Below are positions 51,528 to 64,000 of a stretch of DNA of 64,000 nt, piece after piece. A program made the position numbers and the translations under genes. The notes below the pieces were generated by a model. It did no database searches. It had not been told where the DNA came from and worked only from the letters and a program-made list of their open reading frames with translations. This DNA comes from Callorhinchus milii. Taxonomy: Eukaryota. Location of the stretch: positions 2,296,001 to 2,360,000 of the forward strand of contig NW_024704742.1 of assembly GCF_018977255.1 (NCBI RefSeq), written 5' to 3'. Numbering within the stretch: the first letter of the stretch is position 1; each line of letters begins with the position of its first letter.

Positions 51528-53074
51528 ACACCACTAACCTTCCTCAGTAAGGAAGCTGACGTCTTGTCAAAAAACCAAGGATAAGTTCAGCTCTCATTTT
51601 AAAGTGGATTGAATATTGGGATGATGTAACACTATCAGATTCATTGGCTTCCATTTAGATTGTTTTACAACGAGTGTGAATCAATTCATTGAGTGAACTG
51701 TGTGTCTCCACGTACACCAACCCAGGTTTCTCTCGTGCCTTCTCTCGTGACTTCAAATGTACCATCTACAGCATACCAAGCGCAGTAGGAGTAACCAGCA
51801 GACAGACTGTAGCTTGTACCTTATGAAATGGAGCATGATTGATTTTTTCATCAACATAAATTGTGTTAAAATGCCATCATTTCTCCCTGCCTGGGGTCAA
51901 GCTCCACCATCGCTAAGCATTCTCGAGACATTACCCCACGTGGAGGGCACTATATTAAAGCAAGCTGTTGTTGACTATAAATGTTGATTTCCACAGTGAA
52001 GTTATTTTGGATGTATGTGTGTGTACTTATTACGTATACACCTATACATATACATTATGCTTTCTTAATAAGCATATCTTGAATTGGAAAATAATTACTG
52101 ACCAGACTGTAGAATCGTCCATTGCGTCTCTTCATTGGATTGTATTACCATCTTTCACATTTGGGGTTATTAGTGTAAACCCTCAGCAATGTTAAACACA
52201 AATTGAATTATATGACTGTCAGGCCACGTGGTGCTTTTGTGCAAAAACCTCAGATTGGTACCCAAAGGCTCAAAAGTCATCAGTTACTCTGTGGGAGTTG
52301 CTGATGACTTCTGACTCTATGTATGATGAAAAACATTTGACCTGCAAAACCTATCCTAACGTTATTAGTGACACCTCAGGGAAGGAATTCTAGCTATTAA
52401 TTTGCTTCGAATGCCCAAGTGTCAGCCTGTTTCCAAGTGATGATATCTCATTTACTGCTGGCCTTCTGTGTCGATATGATATGGTTCTTGTGCTGCATGT
52501 TCTTTATTGTTTGTTTACAATTTTTACACTGAAATTCTGTCTTGCCAAAATTGAAACCAATACGAGACCAGCTATAATCTCAGGTTCAGGTGGAGTTTTT
52601 TTCATTTCAAGTTCAGATTTAGATTGATACCCTTTCTTTTATGCTCTAGAAGATCTTCAGTAGACTATGTGGGGTGTGAATCGTAAGGGAATTGGATACA
52701 TATCCCCATGAGAGGATCATCAGGGTACCACTGAAAGACATTTTATTGATGAAAAATAGCTGTGAAACAAATCCCCCAAAAAAAATTGATCAAAGGAATC
52801 ATATGACTTACAACTGGAGTCTTCTTTCTTGCAGCCAAGTGAACTCATCACTGGAGTTACTCATTTACTGAGACACCCCATAATAATGCCACATATGCAA
52901 AGAAATCCAAATCAATAAACCAATACCGCAGATAGTGTAAATATATTTAAGAGGAAACTAAACCTTCAAATGAGGGAGAAGGGAATAGAAGAGCATGGAA
53001 AGGAGTAAGCCGTAGGTGGGAGCTCATGTGGAGTATTAGCAAAGGCATCGACTGTTTGGGCCAATGTAGATATT

Positions 53075-53335
53075 TAATCATGGAGCCTGGCCCAAGACAG
53101 GACAAGCGCTGCACAGTTCTGGATGGTCTGCAGCTTGTGTAAGGAGGAATAACGGAGTCCAGCAAGCAGGGTGTTTCTGAGTAGTCAAGCCTGGAGGTAA
53201 TTAATGGCTGGACGAGGGACTCAGACTCAGCAGCCTGGGAGGGATGGTTGTGCACATTGTGAGGTGGAGGAAAGCAGAGCCACTGAGAGTGTCTGCATGT
53301 ACGGCTTGAGGGGCTTAGGGGCTGAACACGACATG
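53075..53335 (-). mobile_element. L2 ORF2 internal remnant
   Basis: AAESESLVQPLITSRLDYS motif in ORF 52947..53255. Confidence 0.75.
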
Positions 53336-53374
53336 TCCTTGATCATTTTGTTCCTCTACTGGTGACTAAATCTG

Positions 53375-53782
53375 GAATAATCCTTGCGTTTAATACAGTG
53401 GCTTATCATGTCATCAATATATTTCAAGCACGTCACAGGTTTTACTGTAAAAGGTACTGACTGTCTATCCGTAAGCAAATGTGGCAGCCAATTTGCGCAC
53501 ATAAAAGTCCCACGAACAATGACTAATTTTATTTGGTTGATTGTAGGCCAGGACACTGGGAGAAACTTGCTTCTCATTTCGAATCATGCCATGGGATCTT
53601 TAAATCCAGCTGAACGGGCAGACTTGGTTTAACATCTTCTCCGAAGGATGGAATCTCCGACGATAGAGCACTTAGCCAGTGTTGCACCTCTGGCAGTCTG
53701 ACTCTAAACCCAAAGTCCTCACGTGGAGCTTGAACCTGTAATCTTCTGATAGGGTGGTGAGAGTGCTCCCAACTGAGCCAAG
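53375..53782 (-). mobile_element. Near full-length old Deu-domain SINE
   Basis: Head gagtgctcccaactgagcca/ttgaacctg, body gccatgggatctttaaatcc, ggccaggacactgggagaa, ggcagccaatttgcgcac, tail. Confidence 0.85.
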
Positions 53783-56086
53783 CTGACACCACTCAGAAAC
53801 GTTCAGACTGGAACTCTCTTCCAAAACATTTTTGTTTCACTTCCTCTCTTACCTAGCATCGAAACCCTCTTTCTTCCTGCTTTATTAGTGCTATAAAATG
53901 TGCATTCAACATAAAATGCCATGTGGAAGTGTAAGTTGTTCACTGGGAGCAACTTAAGTAGTTCCAGCATAGCAAACTGCAAACTGGTTTGCCTCCGTTG
54001 CTCAATAAAAACGCTCAGACTGACATGTTTTTTTAAAAGAAGAACGTTTTCCTCTTGCCTAATCTGTGTTTCGGGTTGAATTTGTTTTTAAATACATCTC
54101 GGCCTGCTCCTGGGAGAACTGAGAAGGAGTCAGCATTGATCTGGGCTGATTCCTTTTAACGTCTGTTGCAAAACAAAACACCCATTATGAGTTACCATCT
54201 TTTTATTACCTGTGACTTCCTACGGCTACCGGCAAATCTCTCCCCGAGACAAGTGTCTCTGTGTGGATTGCTGAAGAATCTTAATCTTAACGCACTCAAT
54301 AAAGTGCCTGGCAGAGCACTGCATTGTTGGATTCTCAGATCAAGACTCCTAGATTCATAGATGGTACAGCTGAGAAACAGGCCCCACTAATTTAATTTAG
54401 TTGCTAAGATAATCCAAGCGGTGGAAATTTCATCTCTGAAAGTTTGGAGATTTATCCTTTTCCCCCATTTTACCGGCGAATTGAGTCATCGTCTCTGAGT
54501 GTCTGGTTGCATTACAGTCCATTTTACTTCCATCAGTGGTCACACACCTTCCTAACAGCAATGCTTTATTATTTGGCTGAAATTTGATGGCTGGGTCCAT
54601 CTTTTTAATTGAACCAGCATTGTAAGTTTTCAGCTATCAATGCTTCAGTTCATTGGGAAGGCATTCCTTGGTTTCCTTCGATGCCTTTCCATGACAGATG
54701 CATTCAGCTGTCCAGTGTGAAGGGTGCTATATAAACGCAAGTCGTTGGTGTTGTTAGCACACCCATTTCCCATTAGCATGTTGTCCCCATATCTACCACT
54801 TTCTTGACTATTTTGATTCTAATGTAATTGACTTCTGGTTGATGCTGGACAACACGGTAATAATATATTATTGCACAAGTGCAAATCTTCTGGAAGCTTA
54901 ATGTCAAGGCTCCCTTACCTTTAAACTGTGTTCAGTTCTAGTTTGCTGAATGGCTCTGTTTAGTTGGCTTTTCTGACACCAGGCAATTATTAGAAAGGTT
55001 CATTTTATAACTGTGATGACTTTGAAATTCCTGGGACTTCATAAGTTGCCTCATGTATTGATTTGAATACTAAATAAGAAGCAAATCCACACTGTGCTCC
55101 ACTGTTGAAGTATGTGTGCACCAAATTCCCATTCCCTTTGTACATTTTATCGATCATTCGCAGCTACATTGAAAGCTTGCGCTGACCACTCTTGTATTTG
55201 TGGCAGGTTCTTATCCCTTTTTATTCCTCTTTGAATCAAGGACATGCTCGCATTCTGTTTTTAATTCAATAACGGGCATTATCTTGCATTACTCAATTTG
55301 ACATTTAATATTCATGTATCTTGCTTGGTAAGACTCGGAAACAATATCCGTGTCTGTCACGAATTTTTGATCATCTGGCTTATCTCTATCTTATGAAATC
55401 AGTAGCCGCTTTCTTGCTCATTACCAATTTCAACCACACCCGAGCTTTGATCCTTCCGTGGCTATTCTGCAGCGTCCTACTGTTTAAGTGGGCACAAGCG
55501 ATTAAAGCTCAACGAAGCCAGACTGACGATAAAACACCAGAATTGCTCTTCAATCTCCACAAACTAAGGATAGAAATATATTAGCAAATCCCACCAGCTC
55601 CTTTTCCAATTAAAAAAAAAGGTTTTAATTCCGAACCCTAAAGGAATTATATATGATTTTAAAAGTGGTAAAATATTTAACGCGCTACTGAAACAGAGGT
55701 TTTCCTGCTGACAAATGATTGCTTTGCAAGACAGTGCTTTTCCTTCACTGTGCAAAGAAGCATCAGGTCTCCTCTCTCTTTCCCCCTGTTCGTCTCTTTG
55801 ATCTGACCTTCCCTCTCTCTGGCCCGGTCCCCTCACCAGTTTAAACCACTGTGCAGGTTGTCCGCACTCGACAAGGACTTTGGTCTTATCGATCCATCCG
55901 TCGAGGATCAGGTTGGAACTTCAAAGGACTCCATTTGAAGTGTGGAAGAACTCGGCCATCGTCCTTGAGACAATATCCTGGATCATCTTAGGTCTTCGGT
56001 GCAGTGCATTTAACTGCAGTTTGAAGACAACACCTTTTCAACCCTGTTCTCCAGCCTCTGCTGTTGACTACTGGATCGTTTTTTTT

Positions 56087-56107
56087 ACACACACACACAC
56101 ACACACA
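56087..56107. repeat. (CA)n microsatellite
   Basis: Direct read. Confidence 0.9.
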
Positions 56108-59100
56108 GATTGCAAGCACCTTGAAAGAATTTCGATATAAATTGGCTCTCTGTCCTTAAACGCTCGAAAGTGTTTCGGGTACTTTTTCAATATCAAAACC
56201 ATATCAACTAACATCTGACGTGCTGTCAGGTGCATCAGCTGTACGTTCACTACACTTAACAGAAAAACTGTGTGAAGCAGTTTGGGGCATTTTGATGTGA
56301 TGAGGCGCTGTGTATAATAATGAGGCCTTCCATTGGATGCAGCACACCTTATCATGTCAATAACTAGGGTATGGTAAAATTAGGGTATGGAATCCATTTA
56401 GGATGCTGCAAATTGTTATTCTACAGTAACTCAGCGCAACCTTTCAATAACACCCATTAGAGCTTTGCTTTGCAGCCTGAAATTCAGTGTGCGATTAAAT
56501 TACTGTATGGATTCAGGGAGCTCAGACCTGGCACTCAAACACTTGCTTTCACTGCAAGTCAATCACTAAGCCCAGTGAAAAGCTTTGAGACATTCACCTG
56601 ATGTGAGAGGTGCTATACCAAACAAGGATCATCATCACCAGCATCGTTATACATATGGCCCAATTCATTCTTTTTTGTCTGCTGCTCTTTCGTGAGAGCC
56701 GGTTACTGCTGATCAGCTTGTCTACTTCTCAGTCGTTGTTAATTCTCATCAAGCGCAATGTACTGTAATTCTACAGTAGTTTCATTGCAGTATCTTTATT
56801 ACTGCTCCTTATTGGCATGCTCTGGCAGCGATGGGTGGTAGAAGTGAGGAGGCAGGAAAGCAAACAAGGTGCATTCGAAGAACCCACGGAGATTGTATTT
56901 TAATATTCTGTGTGTATAGCTCCTCTGCTGAGAGTAAGCAAGGCATTTTAGAAACCCACACTTTACTGAAGTTCAACTATTTGAAGGTGTATTTCTTCAT
57001 CCCTGCTCTACACGTCCCCTCGCAGGCACGGCAGCAACCTTCCAGAAAGGTCAGAATGCTTCAGAAGAACCTTTCGCACACCCAATATTTTTGACTCGCA
57101 TCAGGAGGAGCAAACAGCTACGGCCTGAATGCATCTAAACTCATTCACTTCCCAACAGCTGCTGCTCACTCCTCCGTCGCCAACTCGCCTGAGGTCTGGA
57201 CTCTCGTGAATAATTTACATGATCTCACCTACCGTTAAGCACGCACAATTACTGCTTTCATTGTAATGATTTCTTTCTGTTTTAGCCTGGGGTGAATCTC
57301 TGTTTATTTTTACGATCGCACTGTATTCGAAAAACGTCCCTCTCTGTTATATGTGATTGGTTCTGTAATATCCTAAAGAGGACAGTTATTTGCGAGTTGG
57401 AAGCGAACCATTATTGTCTTTGTTTTTGGTCCGAGTCTGAATGAGTAAGGCAGTTGGTAATGGCGAACATACGTCCAGTTTGATTGACCGCTATTGAACC
57501 CTACTTTGTCTGCTTCACTTGGGGTGAAGAATTGGGGTTTACCGCATAAAATCTCAAATTGCTTAAACATGTTTGAGCCCTTTTGGTAACTGCACGATGC
57601 AGGATTTGGCGGTTACAATCATTTGGCAAATCCTGGTTGTGAATACTGCATTTTCCGCCTCTTTGTTAACAAAAGTTTAGTCAATGTGAATCAAGCTATT
57701 TTTGCATATTGCAGCTCCAAACCACCTGTCAAAACGTGGCTTATATACATAACCTGTTTCTATTTTATTAAGTTTGTTGTAATGCTGTTTACGTTTGTCT
57801 GATCAAACGTCAAAAAAACAATGGCATAAAGATGCATTTAATAGACACCTGTGCAACCAGCATTGTGTTGAGAAAGTAATAAACCCAGCAATGTTTCCCC
57901 CAAAAGATATATTCTCTCAAATGGTAGGTCCACAGAAGGCACCAGCGTAAGCCAAATAAAAACCAAGTAAGATGACAAGCAATATCAGTTTTCAGATGGA
58001 GAGGGACATTACGATGCAATGTTCTGAACTGTAGCAGACAAAGCCGTTCACGGTTTGCATCGTTCTTTTTCTTTCTGGCTTCTTCTGAAGACTCCGCAAC
58101 AAAATCAATTTGTCGCAATCTTTCTTTTATTTCACAATTTAAATTAGCGTGGTCTGAAACGGCAGTTCACCACCTGACTGCCGGTCTGGAGAGATGGAAT
58201 TATAATCGCAGCGAACGAGTATGCTCAACTCATTCCATTTCAATTAAATGGGACTGAGAATATAAACAGAGCTGACATGTCACGCATCCTACTTTAGAAC
58301 GTCTTGATAAATAAATAGATTTCTATTTTGTGCGAACTTATTTTGACAAGTAATTTAAATTTGTATGAAAATCCTGATGAAATGTGCTGATGTATTTAAT
58401 CCACAAAAGGTCTAAGTTATTATTCAGCCTTTCCCCACAAAGCACTCTAGTCCTGGCACTGAATACAGTTGTCCACGAGTGTTCTGAGGCCATTCACTTC
58501 ACACACATGGTTTACCTGTTCTGTCCTGATCATATGTCACCTATTTGAGGAGTTATGCCTGTAGCAGAATACCCGTCTCCCTATGGGGTGAATATTAATG
58601 GGAATCCTAGAGCAATATTTCATTTGCAATATGAAACTGCAGGACATGGGGAAAGTTGCAGGCAAATGGGGCTGAAAGGATTGCTCTTTTACAAAAGCCA
58701 GTTACATTTATATTTTAAGTATTTTAAGACGCACCAAGACAGTAGAATGAGAGGACCAAGGTTTAAGGGCAAAGGGTAATTTGAGGACAGACACCAGAAA
58801 GAATTGGTTTATGCAGAGTGCAATTAATGGCTGGAACAGGTTGGCATGAAGAATGGTTGAGGCCAGAACACTGGGCTCATTTTAAAAAAAAAACAGCTTA
58901 TTGCTGTGATGGGGGGAATGGGCGGGTGGATGTTTCAAGATGTTGAATTCAGAGATCTTCATCCAAACTAATCTTTTCACCTTGTGGGCCATGTTTGGAC
59001 TGATGCAGACTGGCTCTGGGCTACCATAATACAGCGGTGTGATGAATTGATGCTTTGACAACAAAACCGCTTCAAGCTGGGCTCCATAGCCAGGCTCCAG

Positions 59101-60074
59101 CTTTGTGCCTCAGTGAGGTTTATGATTTGCTTACCAGTAATTCAGGGCAAATTTTCGCAATAGATCACTGTAATATCTGCTGTGCTATCTACTGAAGTCA
59201 TGAAGCAAATGGAGCAATAACCTTTAAGTGAATAAAGCTAAATTCTCATTTTATGAAGTTCTTTTGAATGAAATGCTGAATGTGCTTGTGCCGCATGTTC
59301 ATTGGACTGGGTGAAAAGTTGTCTCAAATGCACAATGAGTACAGTTAAGTTTTCCCCAATGGCTACTTTAAAGCCAAAGTCTCCACGTTATCAGTATTGA
59401 AATATGGCTTTTTTTTAAACAAGCTTTTCCAAACATTAATAATATTTAAATGAATAGCATTCAAAACGACTAGCAGTAGATGCTACTCAAATGCAAGGAT
59501 CATAATAATTATCACTTACCAGATACACCCAGGGATAGAAATTCCACCTTGGCGTAGATTTACTCTGTTTAATGTAACATGTTAGAGTGCCAGTGAAAAC
59601 AAGTTCAATAAAGAAAAAAATTATTTGATTAACAAACCCAAAAGGTTGGCCCCACTTGTCTGGACTGTGTGAATTCAAAGTTGTGATGTGGGGCTTGAAC
59701 CGACAACCATCCGACTCGGCAATGCTCTTTGCAGAATGCAGGAGGTCAAGACAGGATTCCACTTTCATATTAGTTGAGGAACCAAAGAGATTAATAACGT
59801 TAAAATGAATGCTAGAGATATCACAGATTTCTTTTTACAAACACGTCTGGTTGATTAAAGATCTCAAATCAACTTCATAAATAAGAAGGCAGCAGCATCT
59901 TCTTTTCTAATTTGCTCCCTCTCAACTTCATAAGCCCCGCTGTGAAGTAGAAAGTACCCAAATTAAATGCCTCCATCTCGGGGTGGAGATTTACATTTCC
60001 ATTTATGTGAAGCCTTTTACCTCGGGAGATGTCTTACAGCATAAATAAAGATATCACAAGAGTCACCCATTTAA

Positions 60075-60227
60075 TCATAATAATAATAATCGTTGCTGTT
60101 GATATAGCACCTAATCAAGTCATTGAGATGTCTCAAAGCACTTTGCAGAATATATTGCACAGTGGATTGACTGTTGTTTTGTGGATGAAACACAGCAACG
60201 AATTGCACACAGCTGTGTCCCACAAAA
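60075..60227 (-). mobile_element. SINE 3' fragment
   Basis: (AAT) tail, gatatagcacc, tctcaaagcactttgcagaatatattg, tcccacaaa. Confidence 0.75.
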
Positions 60228-61504
60228 CGTACACACATTTAGTCTTCCCATGACAGCGTCAAGCTGTTTCTTCAATAACTTTGGTGTCTTGGCCTCTAAC
60301 ACCTTTCCTGGTAACCAGTTCTAGGTGATAATTAATTGCTGAGTAGAGAAATACTGCCTTATAGGTGTCCTTGCTTTGCCCTTCATGACTCTGATCTTGT
60401 ATCAGGGGGTCCTTGCTCTACGTTCAACACCATATAGAACTTCGAAAAGAAAGTTACGGGAGGATACAGGTGTATAAGTTTAATCAATGACTTGACTGAC
60501 GTGATGAGATGGGAGAGTGTGCTTTGTTTCTGCTGCAATACGGAGGTCGGGGGAAATCTCTGACCCTTATTAAGAAATTGACCTTTCTCTTGGACTCTAC
60601 TTATCAAAGTTGAAAACCACTTTGCTGATTGAGGGATACTCTGGTCAGATGTGACCCAGGTAAGCTGTTCTCTTCTATTGGTCTGTTTGAAAACGGCATT
60701 TTACAAAATCTTAATCAGCTTAGATTCAGAGCAATAGAGCAAAAGACATGACGTAAAGACATTTTCGCATTCTTAAGAGGATTCAATCATTGCCCCGTAA
60801 TTACATTTTTTTCTAACATTTCTGGAATTTGCATTTGACTTGCCGGCTAAGTCAATTGTGAGCATATATTTCCTGCTGCTTCTCTCTTCCCTCTGCCTTC
60901 TCTATGCTGTCTCCCCACTGAAAGAACTTAGCAACCTTTACCAATGTTTCTTTCAAACCGGCCTCCACAATATGGGTACGGCCGCAAAGCAGCAACTTTT
61001 CTCCCGCTTTGTTTCGGATGTTGGTTCTTCCTTGACCTGGTATCCCTGATGCCTCCTCTTCACGTTGGAGAGCTGCTTTGATGAGAAGTGACGGAGAATG
61101 ATAAGTTGGATCCTCTGTTTCTGGAGAATTGTCTTTGTTTCTGTTGTAGAGCAAATGTCCAGCCCGTCAGCAGCAAGAACCAGACCACTGGGAGCGCAAA
61201 CGTTTCCGCTTGTGCAGTTTCGGGAGTCATAAGTGATGTCTTTCATTCCTGACAACAGAATGTCCCGTACTACTGCACAGCAGATGCAAGGATGCATTAT
61301 TATTACTATATTATTATTATAATTATTAATATTATGTTCATTACTACTCAGAAATCCCTTGAAGAAGTGCATGTATTGTAATGTTATGAGTTCGCTCATG
61401 ATACCATGCTCTGAGGGCAGGTAAGTACTATGTGAGAAGGATAAATAATATTCCAGAACATCTATACCAATTAAGCAGAAGTATCCAAGAGTAGCAATGG
61501 GTAC

Positions 61505-61680
61505 AACAATGCAGGGAAGCGTCTCAGAGCGCCTAATAGTGGCGGAGCCTGACTCCGAGCTGAGGGGAGGGGGAGGTGGCCGTAAGCACGGCCGAACAGG
61601 AATGTTTTCAGGTGGGACTTGAAAGAAGGGAGAGAGGTTTGAGGAGTGAGGAGGTCGGAGAGGTAGGGAGGTGCCGGGGA
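61505..61680 (-). mobile_element. L2 3' fragment (subfamily B) with internal deletion
   Basis: APPYLSDLLTP joined to SLPSFKSHLKTFLFGRAY; UTR gctcggagtcaggctccgccac. Confidence 0.85.
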
Positions 61681-62604
61681 GTGAAGGGATAATGGGTAAT
61701 TTACTGCAGAGTATTGAGACAAGCTGAAAAAGTAGCAACAAGATTTGCCGAATGTGTATGNAAAAAAAGTGAGGTGTGCGTTGGCCGATACGGATTTCGG
61801 AAGAGGGAGGAACATTAATCAAAGGGTTCTGGATATTTTGAAGCTGCTATCGAAAAAGCATATCAAAGTAGGTTTCATAGAATCGTAGTAATAAAACAAT
61901 AATCCTTTCATTTGATATAGCGCCTTTCAGATTGGTGTATTGTAGTGTGACAAATGGGAGGGGATGACTTAACGTCGGCCAGAGTGGAAAGATCAGATTC
62001 AATTTGACTTCAGACTTTTGCTTTGGTAATTGTGGTGTGTTAAGGACTTAGCGCTTGAGAAAAACCTACCAATTAAGCAAGTACTATCGTGCATGACTCT
62101 GAAGACTGACATTTGGTTGTCTTGGGCAGCGTGAAAATAGCGCCTCTCCTTAAAAAAAATTACCCTCCTTATTTGGAAACTAGGCAGCCAGGTTTCTTAT
62201 CACACCCACCATGTTTTTTCCGCTTTGAATTAATTAGCCCATCAAAGGTCAAAAATCCCGAAGGGCACCTGCTTCCTCATGAAAATTTAATCTCTTCATC
62301 ACGTTATTTAAATAAATGAATATTGTACATCCATAGCTTCCGAATAAAAATTATTGGACTCAAAATGCTTTATCTTTCACCCTTTTTTTTCCCACTTCCC
62401 GTTCTCTTCTCTCTGAATGGCCAGTGGCCGCTTTATCCTACTGTGAATGAATAATTTCCTGAGCGGCGATTAAGTTTTGGAACCTGTGAAAGTGGCCCCA
62501 TTGCTCTTTGTCGGCTTCGTCAGTCAGGGTTGGAGGCAGCCTGGTCTGTCCTCGCTCAGTGACCACCCCCCAACCCAAACATTGTCACTAAAATGGTTTG
62601 TATA

Positions 62605-62668
62605 ATCGAATGGCGGAGCAGGCTCGAAGGGCCGCATGGTCTTCTCCTGCTCCTACATGTTATGTTAC
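62605..62668 (+). mobile_element. HER1/HE1-type 3' tail
   Basis: gaatggcggagcaggctcgaagggccgcatggtcttctcctgctcctacatgttatgtt. Confidence 0.8.
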
Positions 62669-62939
62669 GTTAATCACGGTGAGCTAGAACTCAGAGTGAT
62701 TCCCCCCCCACCCCCCTCCCACCCTCTAAAAGACAAAATCTTGTTATTGTAATGGGAGGACATGAGGTTTGTCTCGTGAAAAGATAGGATTTTCTTCCTG
62801 ATCTGGTGCTGAGTCAAAGATGGGACTCTGGCGGTGAAAGATTTTATCAAATGCATGCTTTCTTGGGTTTCTTTTTTATTCTTCCAGAAATTTACCTAAT
62901 TTTACACGTCGATTAAGTTGTGGCCTCCCCTGAACCAGC

Positions 62940-63290
62940 CCACCACCCTCACCCTCATTCAGCCCCAGTCCCCCATGCAGACCAAGTTCAAGATTCTCCC
63001 CCTTGCTTTCCAGAAGCCTCACCTCACCCAACCTCGTGTGAGTTCCCGTGACTCTACCAGTCCGCTTTTCGTCTCCCACCCAATCTGCCCCACCATCGAT
63101 CAGCGAGTTATCATTCCTTCTGACCCTCCTCCGTCTACAATTCCTTCGTAGCTTCAGAGCCATCTTTTCGACTGCAATTTCGGCCACCATGCCCAAACAC
63201 ACCCAAACTTGCTCACGCTGCCGATCTGCAGTGCAAAGCACTTTGAGGCATCCGCCTGATGTGAAAGGGCCATCTAAATGTAAATTGTTC
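62940..63290 (+). mobile_element. Old L2 3' remnant
   Basis: KFKILPLAFQK; tail agcactttgaggcatccgcctgatgtgaaagggccatctaaatgtaaattgtt. Confidence 0.65.
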
Positions 63291-63747
63291 TCAACATTGT
63301 CATTGTACCTCTCGCTTTGATGGCATTTGCATAAGCTTAGTTTGAGGCCCTAAATTTGTTGGAGCAATAAACTTTTATGTTCTTTGAATGCAGTAACCAA
63401 ATTACTTGTTGGGTAGATACTACAACACCGAATAGCAAATTGTTGATCAATAATAATAAAAGTTCTTGCCTTTGGTATAGCGCTCGGAACGATCCCAAAG
63501 TGCTTCACAGGATTTACCGTGAAGTGGAGTGTCTGTGTGTTTGTGGGTTTATTGCAACAGATACAAAGTTTGACTTGCTGCAAATTATAACAACAAACAC
63601 ATTTATGAAGATAGATTCAGGTTGAAAACAATTATTTGCCCAAGTTGAATTCTCACAGTCCTATAAATCAAAGATCGTGTGAAGGTTTATTTCCTGAGAC
63701 CTTCCGTGTTGTGTGTTCTATATCTTCTCTGAATTTATGCATCATCC

Positions 63748-64000
63748 TGACTCTCGCCTCCAAGTCAGAAGGTTGTAGGTTCAAGTCCCATGTTAGGACT
63801 TTGAGCTCATACAGTCTAGGCTGACACCCCATTGCAATTCTGGGGGTGCAGTGCATTGTTGAAGGTGATGTCCTTCAGATGAGATGTTAAACCTTTGCCC
63901 CTTCCTCCTTTTTAATCGTACATTAAAGATCCCATGGCACTGTTAACAAAGAGAAGGGAATTTCTCCTGGTGTCCTGGCTCACAATTCTCCTCAAATCTT
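63748..64000 (+). mobile_element. Deu-domain SINE, cut by window end
   Basis: actctcgcctccaagtcagaaggttgtaggttcaagtccca...cttcagatgagatgttaaacc...aaagatcccatggcact...tttctcctggtgtcctggc. Confidence 0.9.

Noticed and set aside
48304..61761. Single N bases at 48304 and 61761
   Set aside because: Both sit next to homopolymer runs; sequencing/assembly ambiguity, not biology.
60852..61822. Longest ORF (289 aa, minus) and overlapping 100-aa ORF
   Set aside because: Spans an N, an L2 remnant in a non-native frame and an (AAT)-rich tract; no recognisable domain. A BLASTX hit or spliced reads would reopen it.

Overview
Eukaryotic, not prokaryotic: intronic DNA of a cartilaginous fish, probably a chimaera/elephant shark (inferred from the SINE/LINE families). 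The only protein-coding segment I can support is a 156-bp exon at 25048-25203 (+) that I recognise as GRID2 (glutamate receptor delta-2) exon 2. It has at least 25 kb of intron upstream and at least 38.8 kb downstream. The rest is retroposon debris plus AT-rich unique blocks that may be conserved non-coding elements. The debris includes 5'-truncated L2-clade and CR1/HER1-type LINE ends, three related generations of tRNA-derived Deu-domain SINEs sharing an L2-type 3' tail, a MITE and microsatellites. I see no convincing novel gene system. Best leads: an unclassified ~500-bp repeat family, an old local duplication of a ~270-bp non-TE block, SINE head-swapping, and inverted SINEs around a frame-symmetric exon. 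Repeat boundaries are estimated by eye and family names are recalled, not from a database search.
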